DNA of 64,000 nucleotides, from assembly GCF_009914755.1 (NCBI RefSeq), contig NC_060937.1; one strand, given 5' to 3'. Below the pieces are notes generated by a model. It searched no databases, had not been told where the DNA came from, and saw only the letters and a program-made list of their open reading frames with translations. This document shows, in pieces, positions 21,199 through 35,606 of this stretch (position 1 is the stretch's first letter; every line of letters starts with the position of its first letter). This DNA comes from the human T2T-CHM13v2.0 reference genome, Homo sapiens. The position numbers and the translations under genes were made by a program.

Positions 21199-22080
21199 TG
21201 CATGAGACCAATCTGGTCCAATCTTATATAACAGAATTGTAAGTTGTTTTTGTGTGCCATGGACCCTCTGGTCACATAATCTGAGCATGCTCAGATTAAC
21301 CACACCTGCAACCACAGGGGGAATCTAAGTTCTGGGACGCAGGAGCAGGGTCTGAATTAAGAAACAGAGACCCTAGGGCAGGATTTAGGAGTCAATCAGA
21401 TTGAGTTCTGGCATCACTTCGTTGCAAGATCCAATCAGATCACACCTCATTAGCCTATGCTTATGTGATGGTTAATACTGAGTGTCAACTTGATTGGATT
21501 GAAGGATGCAAAGTATTGATCCTAGGTGTGTCTGTGATGATATTGCCAAAGGAGATTAACATTTGAGTCAGTGGGCTGGGAAAGGCAGACCCACCCTTAA
21601 TCCGGATGGGCACCATCTAATCAGCCGCCAGTGCAGCTAGAATATAAAGCAGGCAGAAAAATGTGAAAAGGCTAGACTGGCTTAGCCTCCCAGTCTACAT
21701 CTTTCTCCCTTGCTGGATGCTGCCTGCCCTTGAACATCTGACTCCAAGTTCTTCAGCTTTTTGAGACTTGACTGGCTTCTTTGCTCGTCAGCTTGCAGAT
21801 GGCCTATTGTGGGACTTTGTGATTGTGTGAGTTAATACTACTTAATAAACTTCCCTTTATATACATATCTATCCTATCAGTTCTGTCCCTCTAGAGAATC
21901 CTAATACAGTTTTTATAGCTTGATCCAGCCCCCAGCTGGGGAGACCCTGTTTTGGGAACCAGCCCCCGTGTTCACCTTAGTTGTTACAAGTATTAACATT
22001 CCCTTGCTAAATCCTTCTTGACTGTGGTCATTGGGTTGATGTCTGCCAAGCTACCAAACCCACCTATTGGGTGCAGAACA
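21199..22080 (+). mobile_element. ERV LTR (LTR32-like), split by MLT2A1
   Basis: TG...CA ends. 'gaccaatctggtccaatc', 'gcaaccacagggggaatctaag', repeated 'caatcagat' motifs; resumes 'gatccagcccccagctggggagac'. Confidence 0.65.
21464..21908 (+). mobile_element. MLT2A1-like HERV-L solo LTR
   Basis: TGTGATGGTTAATACTGAGTGTCAACTTGATTGGATTGAAGGATGC ... gttctgtccctctagagaatcctaataCA. Confidence 0.9.
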
Positions 22081-22544
22081 AAATGTCAACTATTACGACA
22101 GTTTGGCATAAAAAATAATGATCTAAACAATGAGAGACAGCTCCCTGTTAATAGTCTTGGGGCTTCTTTAAAGATAGCAGAGTTTCTCAGCACCTGGAGA
22201 ATTGTGCTCTGGTTTGCTTCCTTCTGTTCAAGACTATTGTCCTTGCATGAAGAGCTGTGTATTGCTTTTTCTAACCATTTGGCTTATGCCATGCCTGTTT
22301 TCATCTAGTCCTGACATGTAGGTTGGGCAAATTGATGCTTATAGATTTGAAGATACATATCTAATCCAAGGCTGATATGCATTTAATGTTGTTTAATATA
22401 AACATAAAAGAGTTGAGAATTTTAAGGCAATATCAACTTTTCCAAGAAGAAAATTGATCAGTTAGTTCTCCAGTATTCCAATTTTACTCTATTTTCAGGT
22501 AATGTAACATTTCAGATCCAGTCTCACTGTGTTTTGATTTTTAG

Positions 22545-22740
22545 TTTTTTTGAGACAGGGTCTCTCTGTGTCATCCAGGCTGGAGTGCAGTGTCATGATC
22601 GTGGCTCACTGCAGCCTCAATTTCCTGAGCTCAAGTGATCCTCCCACCATAGCCTCCTGAGTAGCTGGGACCACAGGCATGCATCACCATGCCTGCCTAA
22701 TTTTTTAACTTTGGTTTTGTAGAGATGGGTGTCTCCTTAT
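22545..22740 (-). mobile_element. AluJ fragment (right monomer plus part of the left)
   Basis: 'ttttgagacagggtctctctgtg...gctcactgcagcctcaa...gctcaagtgatcctccc...gtagagatggg'. Confidence 0.85.
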
Positions 22741-23570
22741 ATTTTATTTTAAATTTTATTATAGATTCAGGGAGTACGTGTGCAGGTTTGTAACATGGAT
22801 ATATTGCATAATGCTGGAGTTTGCGCTTCTACTGAACCCCAAATAGTAAATATAGTAGCCAATAGATTGTTTTTCAACCCTCACCCACTCCCTTATACTC
22901 CTCTTTTGGAATCATCAGTGTCTATTATTTCTATCTTTAAGTCCATTGTGTCCCATTGTTTAACTCTTACTTATAAGTGAGAACACACGATATTTGAATA
23001 TCAGTTTCTGAGTTATTTCACTAATGGGCTTCCAGTTCCCTTCATGCTGCTGCAAAAGACATGATTTCATTCCTTTTTATAGCTGTGTAGTATTCCATGG
23101 TGTATATATACCATATTTTCTTCATCCAATAATCCACTGATGTGTGCTTAGGTTGATTCCATGACTTTGTTATTGTGAATAGTGCTGTGATAAACATATG
23201 AATGCAGGTGTCTTTTTTATATAATGATTTATTTTCCTTTGGGTAGATACCCAGTAGTGGGATTCGCAGGTCAAATGATAGTTCTATTTTTAGTTCTTTG
23301 AGAAATCCCCATACTCTTTTCCACAGGGCTTAGCCTAATCTACATTCCAGTGTGTAAGCGTTTCCTTTCCTCCACATCCTAGCCGACACCTGTTATGTTT
23401 TGACTTTTTAATAACACCCATTCTAACTGGCATGAGATGGTACTTTCTTGTGGTTTTAATTTGCATTTTTCTGATGATTAGTGATGTTGAGCATTTTTTA
23501 ATATGTTTCTTGGCTGTTTGTATGTCTTCTTTTGAAAAGTGTCTGTTTATGTCCTTTGCCTACTTTTTAA

Positions 23571-24337
23571 AAAAACTTTTATTTTAAGTTCAGGGGTACA
23601 TGTGCTGGATGTACAGATTTGTTACATAGGTAAATGTGTCATAGAGGTTTGTTGTACAGATTATTTCATCATCCAGGTATTAAGCCTAGTATCTGTTATT
23701 TTTCTTGATCCTCTCCCTCCTCCCACCCTCCGCCCTCCAGTAGGCCCCAGTGTGTGTTGTTTCCATCTAAGTGTCCATGTGTTCTCATTATTTAGCTCCC
23801 ACTTGTAAGTGAGAACATGCAATATTTGGTTTTCTCTTCCTGCATTAGTTTGCTAAGGATAATGACCTCCAGCTCCATTCAAGGACATGAAGTCTTTTTT
23901 TTATTGCTGCATAGTATTCTATGGTGTATATTTACCACAATTTCTTTATCCATCTATCATTGATGGGCATTTAGGTTTATTCCATGTCTTTGCTATTGTG
24001 AATAGTGCTACAGTGAACATACATGTGCATGTGTCTTTATAAGAAAACAATTTATATTTCTTTGTCTATACCCAGTAATGGGATTGTTGGGTCTAATGGT
24101 ATTTCTGTCTGTAGGTTTGAGGAATTGCTACACCGTCTTTCACAATGGTTGGACTAATTTACACTCCCACCAACAGTGTAAAAGCATTCATTTTTCTCCA
24201 CAACCTCACCAGCTTCTGTTATTTTTTGACTTTTTAATAATAGACATTCTGACTGGTGTGAGATAGTATATCATTGTGGTTTTGATTTGCATTTCTCCAA
24301 TGATCAGTGATGTTGAGCTTTTCTCATATGATTCTTG
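23571..24337 (-). mobile_element. 5'-truncated L1PA (about L1PA13-like) nested in the L1PB
   Basis: 3' end 'ttttaagttcaggggtacatgtgc...gtttgttgtacagattatttcatc'. Perfect 17-bp TSD ctttgcctactttttaa at 23554-23570 and 24338-24354. Confidence 0.88.
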
Positions 24338-24376
24338 CTTTGCCTACTTTTTAATGGGTTTATTTGACTTTGGCTT

Positions 24377-24743
24377 TGTATTAGTTTTCACACTGCTATA
24401 GTGACATACCGAAGACTGGGTAATTTATAAAGAAAAGAATTTTAATTGACTCACAGTTCTGCAGGGGTGGGAAGGCCTCAGGAAACTTGCAATCATGGCA
24501 GAAGGGGAAGAGACATATCTTACATGGTGGCAGGTGCGAGAGAGAGAGGCAAGCAAAAGAGGAAGAGCCCTTTATAAAACCATCAAATCTTGTGAGAACT
24601 CATTCACTATCATGAGACAGCATGGGGGAAACGACCCCCATGATTTAATTACCTCCACCTGGTTTCTCCCTAGCCACATGGGAATTATGGAGATTATAAT
24701 TCAAGATGAGATTTGGATGGGGACACAAAGCCTAACCCTGTAA
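24377..24743 (-). mobile_element. THE1 (THE1D-like) MaLR solo LTR
   Basis: 'tgtattagttttcacactgctata...gactgggtaatttataaag...ggaaacttgcaatcatggcagaagg...caagatgagatttggatggggacaca'. Confidence 0.9.
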
Positions 24744-27700
24744 TAAAACTCAGTTGATTGTGATGAATCATCTTTTTAATGTGCTGCTGGGTTTTTGTTT
24801 CTAGTATTTTGCTGAGGATTTTTGCATCTATGTTTATCAGGAATATTTTGCTGTAGTTTTCTCTTTATGGCCTTGCCAGATTTTGGTATCAGGATGATAA
24901 CGTTTTCATGGAATGAGTTATGGAGGAATCTGTTCTCAATTTTTTGAAATTGTTGCAGTAAGATTGGTACTCGCTATTCTTTTTATGTCTGGTAGAATTT
25001 GGCTATGAATCCTTCTAGGCCTGGGCTTTTTTTTTTTGGTTGGTTGATTTTTTTTATTACTGATTCAATTTCTTAACTCACTATAGGTCTGTTCTGGATT
25101 TCAATTTCTTCCTGGTTCAGTCTTCAGTGGTTGTATCTTTCCAGGAATTCATTCGTTTACTCTATGTTTTCTAGTTTGTGCTCATAGAGATGTTCATAGT
25201 AGTCCCTAAGGATCTTTTGTATTTCTGTGGAATGAGTTTTAATGACACCTTTATCATTTCTGGTTCTGCTTGTTTGAATGTTGGTTTTTCAGTTCCTTTA
25301 GATGCAATATTAAGTTGTTAATTTAATATCTTTCTATATTGTAGATGTAGGCATCTAGTGCTATAATCTCCTCTTAGCTACTTTTGCTGTATTCCAGAGG
25401 TTTTGGTATGTTGTGTCTCTATTTCCATTGGTTTTTAAAAAATTTTGATTTCTGCCATAATTTTTGTTTACTCAAACGTTATTCAGGAGCAAACTGTTTA
25501 ATTTCCATGTACTTGTGTGGTTTTGAGAGTTCCTCTTGGTGTTGATTTCTAATTTTATTCTACTGTGGTCTGAGACGATGCTTGATATGATTTCAATGTT
25601 TTGACATTATTAAGACTTGCTTTCTGACCAAGCATATGGTCTATTTTAGAGAATGTTCCATGCACAGCTGAGAAATATGTATAGTCTGCATTGGTAGGTG
25701 GAATGTTCCATAGGTGTCTATTATGTCCATTTGGTCAAGAGTACAATTTATGTCCTCAGTTTATTAGTTTTCTGCCTTAATGATCCGTCTAGTGCTGTCA
25801 GTAGGGTGTTGAAGTCCTCAACTATTATTGTATGCTTATCTCTTTTTTTAAAGTCTAGTAGTATTTGTTTTATAAATCTGGGTGCTCTGATGTTGGGTGC
25901 ATACTCAGGATATTCCTGAGTTATTCACTCAGATATGTTTTCTATATTTGGATAGTTAAATCTTCTTGTTGAATTGAATCTTTTATAATTGTATAATGCC
26001 ATTTTTTTGTATTTTTTTTCCACTGGTTTTGGTTTAAAGTCTGTTTTATCCGATAAAAGAATAGCAATCCCTGCTCTTTTTTTTTGTTTTCAATATGCAT
26101 GATAGATCTTCCTCCATCCCTTTGCTTTGATCTTGTAGGTATTATTATATATGAAATGGGTCTTTTAAAGGAAGTAGATAATTGGATCATTTTTAAAAAT
26201 CCATTTTGTCAATCTATGTCTTTTAAGCGAAGTATTTAGGTCATTATATTCAAGGTTAATATTGATATGTGAAGTCATAGTGTTGTCAGCTAGTTGCTTT
26301 GTAGTCTCAATTGTGTAATTGCTTTATAGGATCTGTAAACTTTGTACTTATGTGTGCTTTTATGGTTGGTAAGTATTGTCCTTTTGGTGTTATTTAGAGC
26401 TCCTTTGAGCATTTCTTGTGGAACTGGTCTGGTAGTGATAAATTCCCTTGGCAGTTGCTTGCCTGGGAAAGACTTTATTTCTCCTTCATTTATGAAGCTT
26501 AGTTTGGCAGGATATAAAATTCTTGGCTAATTTTCTTTTTGTTTAAGACGGCTAAAAATAGGCCTCCAATCTCTTCTGGCTTGTAAGGTCTCTGCTTAAA
26601 AGTTTGCTGTTAGTGGGATGAGATTTCTTTTGTAGGTAATCTGGCCCTTTTCTCTAGTTATCTTTAAGATTTTTTCTTCAGCATTGACCTTGGATAATCT
26701 CATTACTTTTTGCCTTGGGGATGGTCATTTTGTATAGTGTCTTGCAGGTGTTCTCTGAATTTCTTGTATCTGGATGTTGAACTCTCTAGCAAGAATAGGG
26801 AAATTTTCCTGAATTATTCCTTCAAATATGTTTTCCAAGTTGCTTATTTTTTCTTCTCTTTCAAGAATGCCAGTAAGTCATAGGTTTGGTCATTTTACAT
26901 AATCTCATATTTCTCAAAAGCTTTGTTCATTTCTTAAAATTATTTTTTCTTTATTTTTGTCTGACTGGGTTAATTTGAAAGGTTGGTCTTCAAGCTCTGA
27001 AATTCTTTCTTCTGCTTGATCTAGTCTATTGTTTCAGCTTCCAATTATATTTTGAAGTTCTTTAGTGAATATTTTTCAATTTCAAAGTTCTATTTGCTTT
27101 TTTTAAAATATAGCTATCTTGTGTTTCATATCCAGAATCATTTTTTTCTGGTTTCTTTGTTTCTATTTTCAACTTTCTCTTGGATTTTGTTGAGTTTCTT
27201 TGTCATCTACATTTTGAATTCTTTATCAAAATGTAGATTTCAGTTTATTTCAGACTTTTCATTTTGGTTAGGACACATTGCTAGAGAGCTAGTGCAATCC
27301 TTTGGAGCTGTCAAGACAACTTGTCTTTTTGTATTGCTGAAGTTCAAGCACTGATTCCCTTTCATCTAAGGGAGCTGTTATTTCTTATTTTTGAATTTGC
27401 TATTCTTTGAATGGGACTTTTAAAATTTTTATTCTTTTTTCCCTTGAGAATATGACTGTGTTGTATGTTACGTATGATTGGTTTAATTTCTGGGTGCTTT
27501 CATGGGGTCAAAGCTCTGTATGGGTTCCTTGGTTGTGGATAGCTTCTATGTGGTGGCTTTCTCAGATGTTGCTTGTTGTAGTGATGTATTGGACATAAGA
27601 GCCAACATGCTGTCTCGTGCATGGCTGAGGATGTGGAGGTCTCAGAAAGCTTATCTCATCCACTAAGCACTAAGCCCTTCTGGCAGATTTTTTTTTTTTT

Positions 27701-29339
27701 ATTTAGTGGTGCAGTTTAGCCTCCAGTCCAGTAGGTGGTGCTTAAGAGTAAGAGCCAACTCAGGAAAACTAATAATGAGTGGAAGTTCCCACCCCGATGG
27801 GAGTGGTCAGAGGAGACTGTGTTGGAGTGCACTGAGGTCTCTGGGGATGGTGCAGGGAGGGGCGCACCAGTTCCTATCCTGAGCCCACAGGAACACAATC
27901 TGTTTCCTTTTCACACCTTTGTCACAGGGCTCATGACCTTCAGCTCATTTAGACTTTGAACATTTGGTTCCATGCCATAGTGTGGCTGCAGGCCTTGTAT
28001 ACACCCCTCCGGTGGCCACCACCAAAATGGGCCCCAGGCAGAGCCTCTTCATCCAGTCCTCGGTGGACAACTCTGTGGCTTGTCTGCTCTTTGTTGCTAG
28101 GATGTTGCTGCTCTGTGTTTCTGTGTAGGGAGGTAGTTGACCCCTGCTCTTCCTGCAAGCCCAAGTAGTGCAGGCTCACTTTTAACAGGGGTGAAGCTAT
28201 TGACAAAAGCACAAAAAGTGCATTCTCCAAATACACATTCACCTGCCCCCAGGAGAGAGAACCTCTATTGCTTTGGCAACAGTGAGGGGAGGCAGTGAGG
28301 AGATGACAATTTTCCATGTCTATTCCTGGCATCTGGTGCTGCCCTTTTCAGTGAATGGCATGATTAGCACTGCATCCATATTTTTTTTTTGTCCCAAGGG
28401 GAGCTTTGGTGAGCTGCACACCCCTCTCACTTAGGGGTGACCCCCATTGAGGGTAAGATCTCCAGGTGTCCTGTACCTCCCAGTGACCTGCTGGTCCCCT
28501 GTATTTTGCCACAGTCAGAGAAGGCTGTGGGGTAGGTTTGTGAGGGATCTGGTGGTGCAGTGACTCAGGAGAAGAGATTGCCTGGGCAGGGCAGTGGCCT
28601 ACCAGTATGGTGCCTGACTTCTCCTTTCTGGCCTTAGGGGAGTGCAGTTATGCTTGTGTGAGGTGACCACCTGGTTCTGTGTCCCTGGGAAGTTCTTAAG
28701 TTGCTGCCAACAGTGTTATCCAGGGTTATCAGGGCAGGGGGTTACCCTAACAGTTTAGGAGTCAACAGGTGGTTGTAGGGGTGAAGGGAGCAGAGACACA
28801 CTGCGACCTACCCTTTCTGTGGGGCTTCGAGTTCCTCAGGGGGTTATTCTCTGCCAGATTCTTTCTGCTTTTCTTTTCTGCACCCCAGCTTCTTTCCATC
28901 AGGACTCCAACAGGTTCCGGCTCTCTTCCCTTAGTTTTCCGTTCAAGCCATGTCCATTCACCAGTAGCTGTGGTCTTCTTTTTGAGGAGAAGTGACATCT
29001 TATGCTCCTAGGCTAGTCAGCCATCTGAAAAAAGAAGCCCCAAGGACTCTTCCAAGATGGCCGAATAGGAACAGCTCCGGTCTGCAGCTCTCAGTGAGAT
29101 TGATGCAGAAGAAGGGTGATTTCTGCATTTCCAACTGAGTTACCTGGTTCACCTCACTGGGACTGGTTGGACAGTGGGTGCAGCCCACAGAGGGCAAGCC
29201 AAAGCAGGGCTGGGCATCACCTGACCCAGGAAGCACAAGGGTCAGGGGATTTCCCTTTTCTAGCCAAGGGAAGCCATGAGAGACTATACTGGGAGGAAGG
29301 GTACACACCTACCCAAATACTGCACTTTTCCCACAGTCT

Positions 29340-29507
29340 TCACAACTGGCAGACCAGGAGATTCCCTCCAGTGCCTGGCTTGGCAGGTCCCATGCCCACG
29401 GAGCCCAGCAAGCTAAGATCCATTAGCTTGTAATTCTCGCTGCTAGTACAGCAATCTGAGATCCACCTGGAATGCTGGAGCTTGGTGGGGGGAGGGGTGT
29501 CCACCAT
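29340..29507 (-). other. ORF0-like antisense frame (55 aa)
   Basis: MVDTPPPTKLQHSRWISDCCTSS...GSVGMGPAKPGTGGNLLVCQL. Start context gcaATGG. Confidence 0.5.
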
Positions 29508-30184
29508 TGCTGAGGCTTGAGTAGGCAGTTTTATACTCACAGTGTAAACAAAGCTGCTGGGAAGCTCAAACTGGGTGGTGCCCACGGCAGCTCAGCAAGG
29601 CCAACTGTCTCTCTCGATTCCACCTCTGTGGGCAGGGCATATCTGAACAAAAGGCAACAGCCCAGTCAGGGACTTATAGATAAAACCCTCATCTCCCTGG
29701 GTCAGAGCACCTGGGGGAAGGGGCGACTGTGGGCACAACTTCTAGACTTAAACATCGCTGCCTCACAGCTCTGAAGGGAGCAGTGGTTCTCACAGCATGG
29801 TGTTTGAGCTCTGATAATGGACAGGATGCCTCCTCAAATGGGTCCCTGACCCCCGTGTTGCCTCCCAGTAGGGGCCGACAGAAACCTCATACAGGAGAGC
29901 TCTGGGTGGCATCTGGCAGCTGCCCCTCTGGGACGAAGCTTCCAGAGGAAGGATCAGGCAGCAATACTTACTTTTCTGCAGTCTCTGCTGGAGATACTCA
30001 GTCAAACATTATCTGGAATGGACCTCCAGCAAACTCCAACAGACCTGCAGCTGAGGGGCCCGACTGTTAGAACAAAAACTAACAAACAGGAATAGCATCA
30101 ACATCAACAAAAAGGACATTCATGCCAAAACTCCATTCATAGGTCACCAACATCAAAGACCAAAGGTAGAAAAAAACTACAAAG

Positions 30185-31196
30185 ATGGGGAGAAACCAGA
30201 GCAGAAAGGCTGAAAATTCCAAAAACCAGAATGTACCTTCTCTTCCAAAGGATCACAACTCCTCACCAGCAAGGGAACAAAACAGGATGGAGAATGAGTT
30301 TGACTAGCTGACAGAAGTAGGCTTCAGAAGGTGTGTAATAACAAACTTCTCCAAGCTAAAAGAGCATATTCTAACCCACTGCAAGGAAACTAAAAACGTT
30401 GAAAAAAGGTTAGATGAATGGCTAACCAGTGTAGAGAAGAACATAAATGACCTGATGAAGCTGAAAAACACAGCACAAGAATTTCATGAAAAATACACAA
30501 GCTTTAATAGCCAATTTGATCAAGCAGAAGAAAGGATATCAGTGATTAAAGATCAAATTGATGAAATAAAGCAAGAAGACAAGATTAGAGAAAAAAAGAG
30601 TGAAAAGAAATGAACAAAGCCTCCAAGAAATATGGGACTATGTGGAAAGACCAAATCTATATTTGATTGGTGTACCTGAAAGTGGTGGGGAGAATGGAAC
30701 CAAGTTAGAAACCACTTTAAAATATTATGTAGGAGAACTACCCCAACCTAGCAAGCAGGCCAACATTCAAATTCAGGAAATACAGAGAGCACCATAAAGA
30801 TATTCCTCAAGAAGAGCAACCCAAGACACATAATAGTCAGATTCACCAAGGTCGAAATGAAGGAAAAAATGTTAAGGGCAGCCAGATAAAGGTTGGGTTA
30901 CCCACAAAGGGAAGCCCATCAGACTAATAGCAGATCTCTCAGCAGAAACCCTACAAGCCAGAAGAGAGTGGGGACCAATATTCAACATTCTGAAAGAAAA
31001 GAATTTTCAACCAAGAATTTCATATCCAGCCAAACTAAGCTTCGTAAGTGAAGGAGAAATAAAATCCTTTACAGACAAGCAAATGCTGAGAGATTTTGTC
31101 ACCACCAGCCCTGCTTTACAGGAGCTCCTGAAGGAAGCACTAAACATGGAAAGAAACGACCGGTACTAGCCAGTGCAAAAACATGCCAAATTGTAA
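30185..31196 (+). pseudogene. L1 ORF1p remnant
   Basis: ATGGGGAGAAACCAGAGC start and an ...EQSLQEIWDYVERPNL... fragment. Multiple stops and indels. Confidence 0.85.
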
Positions 31197-31259
31197 AGAC
31201 CATCGATGCTATGAAGAAACCGCATCAATTAATGGGCAAAATAACCAGCTAACATCATA

Positions 31260-35278
<4,019 letters not shown>

Positions 35279-35606
35279 ACAATGAGAACACATGGACACA
35301 GGGAGGGAAACATCACACACTGGGGCCTGTCATGGGGTGGGGGGCTCGGGGAGGGATAGCATTAGAAGAAATACCTAATGTAAATGACGAGTTGATGGGT
35401 GCAACAAACCAACATGGTACATATAAACCTATGTAACAAACCTGCACTTTGTGCACATGTACCCTAGAACTTAAAGTATAATTTAAAAAAAAGAAAGAAA
35501 AAAGAAGCCCAGGCTTATCATTTTTTGACACAGATTCCTGGTCAAATTATAAGTCACTGTTCTCTGTGATCCCAAGTGTTAGGTATTGTGCTACCCCCTT
35601 CCTCCA

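Larger units (their letters stand above)
22741..29030 (-). mobile_element. LINE-1, L1PB-type (L1PB3/4-like), with its 5' UTR, internal deletions and nested insertions
   Basis: 3' end 'tagattcagggagtacgtgtgcaggtttg...gcataatg'. ORF2 and ORF1 remnants at about 24750-27300, a GC-richer 5' UTR at about 27300-29030, and 5' terminus rc 'agatggctgactag'. Confidence 0.85.

Noticed and set aside
35334-35355. G-quadruplex-like G tracts
   Set aside because: Standard L1 3' UTR polypurine tract present in each L1PA copy; not locus-specific.
35507-35600. Possible continuation of the AluJ truncated at 22740 ('gcccaggct...cccaagtgttagg')
   Set aside because: Only two short motifs with the wrong spacing; cannot support the idea that the L1PB split this Alu.
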